DNA of 64,000 nucleotides from a virus (taxonomy: Duplodnaviria; Caudoviricetes). Both the position numbers and the translations under genes were made by a program. Positions 1-9,530 of the stretch are shown one piece after another. A model generated the notes under the pieces. It ran no database searches, had not been told where the DNA came from, and worked only from the letters and a program-made list of their open reading frames with translations. Each line of letters starts with the position of its first letter. Within the stretch, counting starts at the first letter, position 1. The stretch covers positions 14,497 to 78,496 of IMG/VR virus record IMGVR_UViG_2893071988_000005; one strand, 5' to 3'.

Positions 1-464
1 CAGAGCATAATTCGCAGGAGATCTATGAGGATCAGCAGTTCCTCAAGGCCTTCACCCAGTTGAAGGAGCTCGAATCGAAGGGTGCCGGCATCCGGGCCGA
101 TCAGGGCGCCGTTTACAATCGCCTGAAGGATATCGGCTGGACGAAGAAGCACTTCGAGTATGCGAAGTGGCTTCAGGACAAGGATATCGGCGAAGTGCTC
201 GCTGACATCGAAATGAAGAAGCGCATCGCGTTGCTCATGGGGCACCCCGTTGGCCGTCAGCTGTCTCTGCTCGATGACGACCCTTACTCCGAGACGGAGA
301 AGGCCTTCGAAGAAGGGTACACCGTTGGAAAGCTGCGGAAGGACAACCGTAATCCCTACGATGTCGGTTCGGACAAGGGGCAGGCCTGGCAGCGCGGGTT
401 CAACGATGGCACGTCCTTCATCAATCAGGAGCTTAAGGACGCCGTCGAGCAGGAAGGCGCCTGA
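1..464 (+). CDS. Phage protein, 5'-truncated; C-terminal ribosome-modulation-factor-like motif
   Basis: Frame open from base 3; motif AFEEGY..G...NPY....AWQRGF. Confidence 0.6.
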   Translation, partial: EHNSQEIYEDQQFLKAFTQLKELESKGAGIRADQGAVYNRLKDIGWTKKHFEYAKWLQDKDIGEVLADIEMKKRIALLMGHPVGRQLSLLDDDPYSETEKAFEEGYTVGKLRKDNRNPYDVGSDKGQAWQRGFNDGTSFINQELKDAVEQEGA

Positions 465-467
465 TCT

Positions 468-850
468 ATGTCTGGGTGGCACTATCGAGACCTGAGGCTC
501 GAAAGAGCCTTTGACCGAGAGCAGCGCGCATCGGTGCTGCGGAAGCAGAACGGTCGCTGCAAGTACTGCCTCGACCGGCTGACCATGAAACAGGCAACGC
601 GGGACCATGTGATCCCGCGCTCCAAGGGCGGTCCAATCTCGACAGCAACATCGTCGTCGCATGCAGCCCGTGCAATCTGACGAAGGGCAGTCTTCCCGTG
701 AAGCAGTTCCTCCGGCTGATCACATCCCCGCGCCCTGGGGAGCCGACGAAGTACCTTCTGATCTGGTGCCAACGCCGGCTGAACCTCGCGCTCGACCGCA
801 TGGAACGCAACGTCATGCGGGCAATATGGGGGGCGAATTGGGAAAGCTGA
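468..850 (+). pseudogene. HNH endonuclease with apparent 1-nt deletion frameshift near 630
   Basis: CKYC...TRDHVIPRSKGG in one frame continues as SNLDSNIVVACSPCNLTKG in the shifted frame, to TGA 848-850. Confidence 0.8.
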
Positions 851-1419
851 GAGAGCGCAACTCCCACATCTGGGAGCGCGGCGACCGGGATTGGTATGTG
901 GAGCCGACCCGGTGCACTGAGCAGCTTTGCCAGCATGAGGATTTCGACGGGCCGGTTCACGATCCGTCGTGCGGTGGCGGCAATATCGTCACCGCCCTCC
1001 TGCGCTGCGGCTATCAGGCCACAGGCTCGGATGTCGTTGACCGGACGGGCGGTGCACCGTGGTTCACCGGCCTGAGCGACTTCCGCACCTGCCGGCGCAA
1101 GCGGGCCAACATTGTCATGAACCCGCCGTTCTTCCGCGGCGAGGGCACCGAGTTCTTCATCCGAAAGGCAATCTCGGTCACGAGCGGGAAGGTCTGCGCG
1201 TTCACCGAGGCACGCTTCCTCTTCGGCGAGGGCCGGGCGACCGGCCTCTACCGCGACCACAAGCCGTCCCGCGTTCACTTCGTGACGCCGCGCCCGTCGT
1301 GCCCTCCCGGCGAGTTCCTTGAAGCCGGTGGCAAGGCCACTGGCGGCAACCCCGATTTCGTTTGGATCGTCTGGGACCGGCACGCGCCTACGGCCGACGG
1401 CCTCAACTGGCTTTCCTGA
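826..1419 (+). CDS. SAM-dependent DNA (amino) methyltransferase
   Basis: Motif I-like DPSCGGG and catalytic NPPF. Confidence 0.8.
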   Translation: MGGELGKLRERNSHIWERGDRDWYVEPTRCTEQLCQHEDFDGPVHDPSCGGGNIVTALLRCGYQATGSDVVDRTGGAPWFTGLSDFRTCRRKRANIVMNPPFFRGEGTEFFIRKAISVTSGKVCAFTEARFLFGEGRATGLYRDHKPSRVHFVTPRPSCPPGEFLEAGGKATGGNPDFVWIVWDRHAPTADGLNWLS

Positions 1420-1430
1420 CTGGAGCATCC

Positions 1431-2006
1431 ATGGACATCCCCGGATCCTACTTCGTCTTCGACCCAGGCCGGACATGCGGTTGGGCATCTTGTTTGCCCG
1501 GTGGCAAGAACCTTCGCCATGGCACTTGGCGCTTCCGGGACCCCAGTGCAGGCGCGACCTTCTTCGAATTCTCGCAGAGCCTGCGGCGCGTCCTCGCCGG
1601 CCTCCCAGACCCGCTTATCGGCATAGAGTTGATGACCATCGTCGGTCATGGCGAAGACAACAAGGTTGACGCGCAGCAGGTCCTTTTCTCTTCCGGGTGG
1701 ACCTCAATTGCACAGACTGTCTGCCATTCGCTGGCGCTGCGCGAGCCTCAGCTGATCGCAATCCAGACGTGGCGTTCCAAGACGCACGGCAAGGTCTACA
1801 CGCCGAAGAACCTGAACCTTGACCAGAACGCCCGGTCGAAATGGTTCAAGGTCGAAGCCAAGAAATACTGCGACCGCAACGGCTGGTCCTACAACACCGA
1901 GGACGAGGCCGAAGCTCTGTGCATGCTCGACTACCTGCGCATCGAGCACGAGCCGACCTACGCCTTCGACAAGGGGCGATCCTATCAGCAGGAGAGCTTC
2001 CTCTGA
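1431..2006 (+). CDS. RuvC-like Holliday junction resolvase
   Basis: N-terminal VFDPGRTCGWA, IGIE, C-terminal EDEAEAL; GGAG RBS. Confidence 0.7.
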   Translation: MDIPGSYFVFDPGRTCGWASCLPGGKNLRHGTWRFRDPSAGATFFEFSQSLRRVLAGLPDPLIGIELMTIVGHGEDNKVDAQQVLFSSGWTSIAQTVCHSLALREPQLIAIQTWRSKTHGKVYTPKNLNLDQNARSKWFKVEAKKYCDRNGWSYNTEDEAEALCMLDYLRIEHEPTYAFDKGRSYQQESFL

Positions 2007-2323
2007 TGGCGCGTTTTGAACCCAGGGAGATTGTCGATCAGGCAACAGGATGGCTCGAACTGCGCCAGATGGATCTCGATGACCCCAACGCCCTGCTTCC
2101 GCGCGGAGCGGTGCTGCTCTGCGAGGCAGGGCACGCTGCAGCGGTAGTCGAAAATTCCATGGTGGCCGGCCAGATGACCAAAGCTTGCGACTTTGCGCCG
2201 TTGCAAGCCGGAATGCGTTTCCGGGATGGGGAGCGGTTCCCTCTTTGCCGATGTGGGGCGCGCCTTGTCCGGCTTGATGACCATGGCTGGAGCCTGAACA
2301 TCCAAGGCAAAGGCTGGACCTGA
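2006..2323 (+). CDS. Hypothetical protein with Cys/His motifs
   Basis: TGATG coupling at both ends; CEAGH and CRCG. Confidence 0.6.
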   Translation: MARFEPREIVDQATGWLELRQMDLDDPNALLPRGAVLLCEAGHAAAVVENSMVAGQMTKACDFAPLQAGMRFRDGERFPLCRCGARLVRLDDHGWSLNIQGKGWT

Positions 2324-3450
2324 TGCGTTTCTCCGATCAGTTTCTTGCCGACCTCCGGGACCGTGTGTCGATTGCCGATGTCGTTGGGACACGGGTGGCG
2401 TGGGACCGGAAGAAGACGAACGTCTCGCGTGGCGATTACTGGGGCTGCTGCCCGTTCCATGGCGAAAGCCGGCCGTCCTTCCACTGCGAGGTTCGGAAGG
2501 GCCGATACCATTGCTTCGGCTGCGGCGCGAGCGGCGATCACTTCCGGTTCCTAACCGAGCTTGACGGCGTGTCGTTTCCACGGGCGGTCGAAATAGTTGC
2601 ATCCCTCGCCGGCGTTTCGCTGCCGGGCGGTCGAGAAGAATCAGCGGCCGAGAAGCGCAAGCGAGAGGCGGCGGAGCAGCGGCGCAAGGTGGACGCGGAC
2701 CGCCGCGCCGCCGATCAGCGCCGGGAGGAAGAAGAGAAGGCTGATAACGCGCGGTGGCTCTGGAAGGCCGCCCAGCCGATCGCCGGCACCCTTGCGGAAA
2801 CCTACCTGAACGGCCGCTCCATTGAGCTTTCCGACCTCCGGGTGCCCGTGTGGCCGCAATCGCTCCGGTTTCACCCCGGGCTCCTGATGCCCACCAACCA
2901 AGACATCCCGCTCGAATTCCATCGGCGGCGCTTCCCGGCTCTGATCGGCGCAGTCCAGGCGCCGGATCGCCGTGTCACCGCCGTCTGGCGCATCTTCCTC
3001 TCGGCCGAGGGGCAGGCCCTGACGAACGCGGACGGAAAAAAGATCAAGCTTGGCTTCGGCCCTGCGTCGGGCGGCGCGGTGCGGCTCGGGCCGGTCACCG
3101 AAACGCTGCGTCTCGCCGAGGGCATTGAGACCGCGACCGCCGTCATGGCGCTCCTCCAATCCGAAGCATCCGTCTGGGCGACCTTGTCGACCTCAGGAAT
3201 GCAGAATTTTCAGATCCCGGCCGGCGTTCGCCGTCTGCAGATCTATGCCGATGGCGACCACCACCGGCTCAACAAGCGCACCGGCGACGTGATGACGCCG
3301 CCGGGCATCCGGGCAGCAGAAACTCTCCAGTCGCGGGCAAGGGCCGTTGGCGTCGAGGTAGGCATCTACCCGTCGCCGGCCCCCGACGATTGGCTTGATG
3401 TGTGGCAGACAGCAAAGAAGAAGCGGGATGACGAACAGCGTTATTGGTAA
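2323..3450 (+). CDS. DNA primase (CHC2 zinc finger + Toprim)
   Basis: CCPFHGESRPSF...YHCFGCGASGD; AEGIET and ADGD Toprim motifs. Confidence 0.92.
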   Translation: MRFSDQFLADLRDRVSIADVVGTRVAWDRKKTNVSRGDYWGCCPFHGESRPSFHCEVRKGRYHCFGCGASGDHFRFLTELDGVSFPRAVEIVASLAGVSLPGGREESAAEKRKREAAEQRRKVDADRRAADQRREEEEKADNARWLWKAAQPIAGTLAETYLNGRSIELSDLRVPVWPQSLRFHPGLLMPTNQDIPLEFHRRRFPALIGAVQAPDRRVTAVWRIFLSAEGQALTNADGKKIKLGFGPASGGAVRLGPVTETLRLAEGIETATAVMALLQSEASVWATLSTSGMQNFQIPAGVRRLQIYADGDHHRLNKRTGDVMTPPGIRAAETLQSRARAVGVEVGIYPSPAPDDWLDVWQTAKKKRDDEQRYW

Positions 3451-4855
3451 TACGCAGGTCGAAAAGATCGTCTTGGGGGCGATCTTGCAGAGCGAGGATT
3501 CGTTCTGGGAATTGGCGGACAGCCTGTCGATGGAGGTATTCTCCACCGACGATCACAAGAAAATCTATGCGGTGGTCAGCGAGCTTGCCACGGTTGGCAA
3601 GGTCATTTCGCCGGCAATCGTAAGCGGGCGCGTCGGGAAGATCTCCGATGGGCAGGATGCAGACGGCTATATCTCCATGCTGCTCCACCTCGCGGCCCGC
3701 GAGGAGATGCTGCAGGCCAAGCTGCCGCAATATCTCGACGAGCTGCTCTCTTTGTCGGCGCGCCGGCGCCTGGAGAGCTTGGCGAACAGTATCCTGAAAT
3801 CGGTTGGTGACCTTCGGCTCGACCCGAACGATTTGATCGAGCGCACTGCGCAGCGCATGGCGGACATCTCCCGGGCCAGCACCATCGAGAAGGAGCATAC
3901 TCTCGCGTCATCGCTCGACGAGGTGTTCGAGCGGGCGAACGTGCAGCTCGAGCAGAATCAGACCAGCCTCGCGCTGCGGCCTTGCCTTGCCGGCCTGACG
4001 GAAATGATCGGGTTCATCCCCACGTCATCGCTCATCCTCTGGGGAGGCGGACCGGGCGGGGGCAAAACGGCAATCGCCGCGCAGCAGGCAATTTTCTCCG
4101 CCGAAATGGATGGTGAGCCCACCACGTTCTTTGAACTGGAAATGGACAACCGGTCGCTCGTCACCCGCGCGCTGTCTGGCCGCACCGGTGTCACGGCACG
4201 CGATGCCATGCTCGGCCTGACCGAGGAGCAGCTGGGCAAGATCCTCGACGTTCGCAAGGAAGTGCGGGAGGTCCCGCTTCGTCTGATCTGCCGCGGCGAA
4301 ATGACCATGGAGCAGCTTGCGATGCGGGCGAGGGCGCACAAGCGCAAGCATGGGCTCCGGCTTCTGCTGGTCGACCACATGAAGCTGCTCGGCCGGGCCA
4401 ATGCTGGCCGGCTGAGCGGGCCGGAGATCGTCTACAAGAACGGCGGCACGCTGAAGGCCCTCGCAAAGGAACTCGACTGCGCGATCATTGCGCTCTGCCA
4501 GTTCACCAAGGACGCGCGCTCGCGCGAGGACAATCCAGAACCGGAGATGGAGGACTTCTACGGCGGTGCGCTGGAAGAGCATGCCGACATGATGCTGGCC
4601 AACTTCAATCGCCATGCCTGGCTAACGAAGAATCCTCCGAAAACGAAGAACAAGCAGGAGGAATACGACGGGAAGCTGATCGTCAATAAAGGGAAAATCG
4701 AAGTCTACAAGTTGAAGGACCGATTGGGCCCGGGGCGAGATCGCCGGATCTTTAATTGGAACGGCCGGCTCACCCGCTTCGAGGACCAGGACGTGGCCCC
4801 CAAGCAAAACAGCCTCTTCACCGACGAACCCACATTCCACGAGGTCTACAACTGA
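3428..4855 (+). CDS. DnaB-like replicative helicase
   Basis: Walker A GGPGGGKT, FELEM, LLLVDH, LKALAKELDCAIIALCQ, EEHAD. Confidence 0.92.
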   Translation: MTNSVIGNTQVEKIVLGAILQSEDSFWELADSLSMEVFSTDDHKKIYAVVSELATVGKVISPAIVSGRVGKISDGQDADGYISMLLHLAAREEMLQAKLPQYLDELLSLSARRRLESLANSILKSVGDLRLDPNDLIERTAQRMADISRASTIEKEHTLASSLDEVFERANVQLEQNQTSLALRPCLAGLTEMIGFIPTSSLILWGGGPGGGKTAIAAQQAIFSAEMDGEPTTFFELEMDNRSLVTRALSGRTGVTARDAMLGLTEEQLGKILDVRKEVREVPLRLICRGEMTMEQLAMRARAHKRKHGLRLLLVDHMKLLGRANAGRLSGPEIVYKNGGTLKALAKELDCAIIALCQFTKDARSREDNPEPEMEDFYGGALEEHADMMLANFNRHAWLTKNPPKTKNKQEEYDGKLIVNKGKIEVYKLKDRLGPGRDRRIFNWNGRLTRFEDQDVAPKQNSLFTDEPTFHEVYN

Positions 4856-5166
4856 TGAACGACTTTGATTACGAGATCGAGCCGAAGGGCAACGGGTTTG
4901 TCGCCAAGATGCGCACCGCTCGCGACGGGGCTATGCGTCCGCTCGTCGGCAAAAAGGGAAAGCCCATCGTCTTCGTCGCCCGGGCCGCGGCCGCCGAAGC
5001 GCTCCTCACGAATCTCTGCGCCTTCGTCAATGGGCATTATGAGCGTGACGGAGAAATAGCCGGACACACGGCGGCGGCCGTCAACGCCGTGTTCCGAATC
5101 GTCAAGCAGAAGGGGCGAACCCGGCAGATCACCGTCGTCACGAACCGGAGGCCTGTCCGTGGCTAA
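4855..5166 (+). CDS. Hypothetical phage protein
   Basis: TGATG coupling to the helicase. Confidence 0.6.
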   Translation: MNDFDYEIEPKGNGFVAKMRTARDGAMRPLVGKKGKPIVFVARAAAAEALLTNLCAFVNGHYERDGEIAGHTAAAVNAVFRIVKQKGRTRQITVVTNRRPVRG

Positions 5167-5461
5167 CTACACCGAGAAGGAACTCTTGATCGCCTGGGTG
5201 CTCTGGCTCGTCGGTCACTCCGAGAGCGCCGTTGGGCAGGTTATCGGGCGGCGGAAGAAACAGGTGGCCGGTCTCGTCAATCGGTCCCCTTACCCCAATC
5301 GCTCCGCAATGAACATCGAAGAGCGCCGGGTCGCCATCGCTGAGCTGATGATGACCCGGTACGGCGACGACGGAAAGCCCATCGATGGCGGATTGCTCGA
5401 CCGGGTGTCGCTGACCCCGCTGCAGCTTCGCAGCCGGCAGGTGAAGAGGAGAGAGACATGA
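5159..5461 (+). CDS. Hypothetical protein, possible HTH
   Basis: Overlapping operon gene with GGAGG RBS; GHSESAVGQVIGRRKKQVAGLV is HTH-like. Confidence 0.55.
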   Translation: MANYTEKELLIAWVLWLVGHSESAVGQVIGRRKKQVAGLVNRSPYPNRSAMNIEERRVAIAELMMTRYGDDGKPIDGGLLDRVSLTPLQLRSRQVKRRET

Positions 5462-6273
5462 GCGCAGGAAAGGCGTTGAAGGAACGGCTTCGGAAGGTTC
5501 AGACCGGGGAGCATTTGACCGGCGGCGCGTTGCCGCTGATCGCATTTTATGGGCGAGAACCTGCGGCCGAGGAAATGCGCAGGCGCTTCTACGACCGGTG
5601 CGAGCGAGTTTTCAACAGCACCGAGATTGACGACATGGAGATCGCAGGAAGCCAGCGGCTCGTGATTGTCAACGGCAAGATGGCCATCGTGAACCCGGAT
5701 GCAGGGCTGGTAGAGAAACTGGTTGCCGCTCGGGAAATGACCACTGATCGAGACAGCAAGGGAATGCTCGGGATCCGCTATCATACGGCGCTCAAGCTGC
5801 GGGAGCTTATCGATGGCGCCCAGGTCAAGACGATGCGCTCGCCCGCGCTCGACAAGGAGGGTGGCGGTGGTGGCTTTGGGCCGGGCGAAATCCGCGGGTA
5901 TCAGCTGGACTGCATGGGGAAGCTTCGGCGGATGCGGGAGCAGCTCGGTGCTTGGGGCGAGGCCAATCTCGCCGATCTTCTGGAGGACGTGGTTTGCCAC
6001 GATGCGTTCCGAGATCCTCGGCCGCGCGAAATCGCCCAGGCTGACCCGATGCCGCACGAGAAGATGCTCACCCTCCTGCACTTGTCGCTCGACGTGGCGG
6101 CAGCATCGCTCGGCTATCTCGACGACAATAGCGTCCAGCATCGCTGGAACCATGAGGAATGGAAGAAGGGACGTGCCGGCGGCGGGCCGATCAGGTCCTA
6201 CCGGGACGAGACGTGGCGTCCTCAACTCGATCAAGAAGATCTTCGGCGCGGTCGATCATCTTCTCAGGATTGA
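5458..6273 (+). CDS. Hypothetical protein (possible late regulator, by position)
   Basis: 271-aa ORF with ATGA overlap, last of the + strand cluster. Confidence 0.6.
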   Translation: MSAGKALKERLRKVQTGEHLTGGALPLIAFYGREPAAEEMRRRFYDRCERVFNSTEIDDMEIAGSQRLVIVNGKMAIVNPDAGLVEKLVAAREMTTDRDSKGMLGIRYHTALKLRELIDGAQVKTMRSPALDKEGGGGGFGPGEIRGYQLDCMGKLRRMREQLGAWGEANLADLLEDVVCHDAFRDPRPREIAQADPMPHEKMLTLLHLSLDVAAASLGYLDDNSVQHRWNHEEWKKGRAGGGPIRSYRDETWRPQLDQEDLRRGRSSSQD

Positions 6274-6724
6274 ACCGCATCAGGTGAATGACGAGGTAGA
6301 CGGAGTGCGGGATGTCCTGCACTCCGTCGATCCACCCCATGACCCGCGACTGCGGGAAGCCGGTCAGCTCGGCAAAGAACGTCGGCGTGACGTTCAGTTC
6401 ATCCAGGGCAAGCGCCAGTTCGGCGCCGGTCATCCGGACATAGCCCTTGTTCTTCCGGGTATCGAGCGTCCGGCTGTCGTAGAGCGAGGCGAACGCCTTG
6501 AGTGCAGCGATCTCCGCCGCCTCGGCAGTCTCGAACTTCTTCACCGCACCGCCGACTTGCACATACTCTGGCACAAGGCCGGGCATTGCGTACTCGGCGA
6601 CGAACTTGTCGCCTTTCGGCACGGCCCGGCAGATGCGGCGGGAGGCTGGCTTCATGTCCGTTGCGGTCTTCATCGTTAGGGTGGGCCGCGGTGGCGCGGC
6701 GAGCGTGACGGACATATTTCCCAT
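6191..6724 (-). CDS. Protein with C-terminal HTH (transcription regulator)
   Basis: MTGAELALALDELNVTPTFFAELTGFPQSRVMGWIDG. Confidence 0.7.
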   Translation of the reverse strand: MGNMSVTLAAPPRPTLTMKTATDMKPASRRICRAVPKGDKFVAEYAMPGLVPEYVQVGGAVKKFETAEAAEIAALKAFASLYDSRTLDTRKNKGYVRMTGAELALALDELNVTPTFFAELTGFPQSRVMGWIDGVQDIPHSVYLVIHLMRFNPEKMIDRAEDLLDRVEDATSRPGRT

Positions 6725-6762
6725 CCTTGATTACTGCACGGTTAAAGTGGTGATCGAAAAGC

Positions 6763-7554
6763 TCAATCGCTGAAATCGAATAGCGGAAGGCCAGCCGTGC
6801 TTCGGATCTTTACCTTCTTCGCTGGCGGAGTGACAGCGGCGTCCGGAACTTCGGGTTTGGCGTCGGGCTGCGCCACCTGTTTCGCCGCCAGACGGCCCGA
6901 CCAGAAGCCAAGGATATGCGCCGGCGTGAACCAGTCCTCGCGAAACTCCATTCGAAGCGTGTCGCCGACGATGACCTGCGCGGGTATGTGGAGGAGAGAG
7001 AACTGGATATAGGCCATGTGGACGGCTCGCGGGTCAACATCGACCGCCACCACATGCAGCTTCCTTTGATAGTTGATGCCCAGGTCTTTGATCGCTTCTG
7101 CGAGGGCGATAATCGTTGCCCCTGCGCCCACAGCAGGCTCGTGCGCGGTGACGTAGCCGTGCGCATTGATGACCTTTTGAAGGTCGTCGAAGCCGCCGAT
7201 GTTGATCTTCGCCATCATGAGGCAAAGCTCGTAAGGCGTGAAGAACTGGCCGCGCGCCTTGTTGTGCAACTCCAATTCGTGGAACGTGGCGCCGAGGATA
7301 TCCTGCGGCGCGGTCTCCAGCGCCATCGTCACTTCCCCGAGGATCTGTGGGAAGATTGCAAGTTCGTCCTTCTGATAGCGGCGGACGATGTCAAGGTAGC
7401 GAGCCTCCCTCGCTTCGCGCTGGCGAACATCGATGGCGTTGCTGATGGCGATCGCCGCGCACGCGCACCAATCCGAGAAGACCGTGTATAGGTCGTGCCG
7501 ATATCGCAGGGATTCGAATAGCTTCGAGATTGTCTTGAGGTGTTGGGTGCTCAT
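6763..7554 (-). CDS. N-6 DNA methylase-family protein
   Basis: GQFFTP and HEPAVGAG SAM-binding motifs; no NPPY/F seen. Confidence 0.75.
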   Translation of the reverse strand: MSTQHLKTISKLFESLRYRHDLYTVFSDWCACAAIAISNAIDVRQREAREARYLDIVRRYQKDELAIFPQILGEVTMALETAPQDILGATFHELELHNKARGQFFTPYELCLMMAKINIGGFDDLQKVINAHGYVTAHEPAVGAGATIIALAEAIKDLGINYQRKLHVVAVDVDPRAVHMAYIQFSLLHIPAQVIVGDTLRMEFREDWFTPAHILGFWSGRLAAKQVAQPDAKPEVPDAAVTPPAKKVKIRSTAGLPLFDFSD

Positions 7555-8627
7555 GGCTGGCTCGCCTTCTGCTGCTTCTGCGCGAGCAATTCGGCATAGC
7601 GTTCGCGGACGCTGTCCGGTGTGAGGTGGCGTGACTGGAAGCCATAGAGTTCGGTGACCTCGCTGCGGGCTCGGGCGAGAATGTCGGCCTCGTTGTTGGT
7701 GAGCATCCGTGTCGGCCAGCCCTTCACGTAGAGCATGCGCCTGGTGATCCGCTTTTCGATCTCGGATCGGCGGCGGGCCTTTTCCTTTGCCATCGCCAAG
7801 CCGTCTCGGCCTTTGCTGGTGAGGAGGTGCGGGGCGACATCGCCGAGCCACCGTGCTCCTTGGAATGCGAAGCCGCTGGCGATCTCCAGCGCAACCATGT
7901 TCCGGTAGAGGTCGTGGCTCTCGGACTGGCCGGTTGCCGCGATAAGGTCGCCGAGCGCTGACATGATGCAGAAGCGGCAAGAGACGCGGCTCATACCGAA
8001 GACCCGGTATGCCGGGTGAGGGTGGAGGCCAGACGCGTCAATGAGGGCGAAAACCTCGTCGACGGTAAGGTCGATGATCGGGCGCCAGTTCATGATCCTG
8101 CCGGTGGCATCGGCATCCGCAACGGACATCCTGGACCGATTGCGGCTTTCCTCCCGGCGCACGCCGGTCACATTCAGGACCTGCTTGCCTCTGAAGCGCC
8201 GCTTGAGTTCGGCGATGATGACGTGGGTCTTCTGCTCGGAGGTGCAGAACCGCATGTCGGGTGTCGACCAGCAGGGTACCAACGTCACGGTGCTCAGTGT
8301 CTCGTAACGGGTCATGCTGGACAACCAGCGGCTTTCCCAACGCTCCATCAGGCCACCGGCTTTTCGGCGGACCACGACGAGGCCGCATTTCAGGTGGCCG
8401 GCAAGCTCTTCGCAGATGCGGAAGCTGTCGTTCCATTCGACTGAACCGAGATCGGCATGGATGAGAATGCGTTCGCCGGCGTGGCCGACGATATCCAGAT
8501 GTTGAAACGTAGCGAGGGCGGCCGCCTGGCTGTCCTTGCCGCCAGACACGCCAATGGCAACGGGCGCGTCTGCATTGACAAGCGCCACGACATCGCCGGT
8601 GAGGGCGACGTTGGTAATGGGGGGCAT
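7551..8627 (-). CDS. PAPS reductase-family (PP-loop) protein
   Basis: SGGKDS, RFCTSEQK, GVRREESRNR, RVSCRFC. Confidence 0.88.
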   Translation of the reverse strand: MPPITNVALTGDVVALVNADAPVAIGVSGGKDSQAAALATFQHLDIVGHAGERILIHADLGSVEWNDSFRICEELAGHLKCGLVVVRRKAGGLMERWESRWLSSMTRYETLSTVTLVPCWSTPDMRFCTSEQKTHVIIAELKRRFRGKQVLNVTGVRREESRNRSRMSVADADATGRIMNWRPIIDLTVDEVFALIDASGLHPHPAYRVFGMSRVSCRFCIMSALGDLIAATGQSESHDLYRNMVALEIASGFAFQGARWLGDVAPHLLTSKGRDGLAMAKEKARRRSEIEKRITRRMLYVKGWPTRMLTNNEADILARARSEVTELYGFQSRHLTPDSVRERYAELLAQKQQKASQP

Positions 8628-8671
8628 GAGGTGGTCTCCTGGGAGCGCATAATTGCGGTGGTGCCGGCCGG

Positions 8672-8908
8672 CTAGACCGGATGTCGGTCGCTGCGGGCCT
8701 GCTCGTAGTGCTCTTTGGTGAAGCCGCCATTGGCGACGAACCAATCCCAAGTGCCTCGCTTTACAAGGCCAAGGGTTTCGAGGCGGCAGACCAACTGCCG
8801 CACCGAGAGGTCGAAAAAGTCCGCCATGTCGATCGCCATGCGACGGGTGAATTTGGTCTGCCCTTCCTTGTGGGCGTGGAAGGCGGCGGCTAGATCCTCG
8901 TCATCCAC
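8672..8908 (-). CDS. Small winged-HTH-like protein
   Basis: GTG start with GGAGG RBS; MADFFDLSVRQLVCRLETLGLV. Confidence 0.55.
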   Translation of the reverse strand: MDDEDLAAAFHAHKEGQTKFTRRMAIDMADFFDLSVRQLVCRLETLGLVKRGTWDWFVANGGFTKEHYEQARSDRHPV

Positions 8909-9101
8909 CGTCGCCTCCCATATCGACAACCTTGAATTCCCATCCCGGGTTCTCGCCAGCGTTGACGGCGATGAAATTCTCGGCCTTCTCCTTCTCTGCC
9001 CAGCGGGAGGCGTAGATCCGGAGCGAGCTAAGCGCACCGTTAGGCGCAATGAACTTCCACTTCTTCTTTCCGACTTCGCGGGCTTTGACAGCATACCTCA
9101 T
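8901..9101 (-). CDS. Small hypothetical protein
   Basis: Overlap-coupled to both neighbours. Confidence 0.55.
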   Translation of the reverse strand: MRYAVKAREVGKKKWKFIAPNGALSSLRIYASRWAEKEKAENFIAVNAGENPGWEFKVVDMGGDGG

Positions 9102-9358
9102 AGGCCGGCGGCTCCTTCGATTGCTTTGGCTCTGCATGCCGCCCAGGCGGCATCGTCGGCGCGGTGGATACGGGCGAGGCGGGCGGGATCACCCGTCCGC
9201 TTCGCAAGGCGGCGGAGCTTGGCCCGGCGCCGCTTGAGGCGGGCAGGCACAAGCTTCCAGTGAATGTGGCAGAGCCACTCGTTGTGGCCGGCGTCGAGCT
9301 TCTGCCGGTCGACGGTGCGCCGGCAGAAGGGAACGCAGCAGGAGAGGCGGTCAGCCAT
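9098..9358 (-). CDS. Small basic Zn-finger-like protein
   Basis: CCVPFC...LCHIHW followed by Arg-rich tail. Confidence 0.6.
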   Translation of the reverse strand: MADRLSCCVPFCRRTVDRQKLDAGHNEWLCHIHWKLVPARLKRRRAKLRRLAKRTGDPARLARIHRADDAAWAACRAKAIEGAAGL

Positions 9359-9530
9359 CGAGCTTTTCGAGCAGGTCGATGATCTTCCGGGCCGTATCAA
9401 CTTCGCGGAACGTGTACTGCCCCAGATGGGTGAGCGCCCATTGGTTTCTCTCCTCGTCCGATTTGAAGTCCGGGAAGGAGACGGCGGCCTCCGCGCATTT
9501 GAGGATGCGAATGATGCCGGCGTCATCCAT
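9351..9530 (-). CDS. Small hypothetical protein
   Basis: GGAGG RBS, fills the operon gap. Confidence 0.5.
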   Translation of the reverse strand: MDDAGIIRILKCAEAAVSFPDFKSDEERNQWALTHLGQYTFREVDTARKIIDLLEKLDG

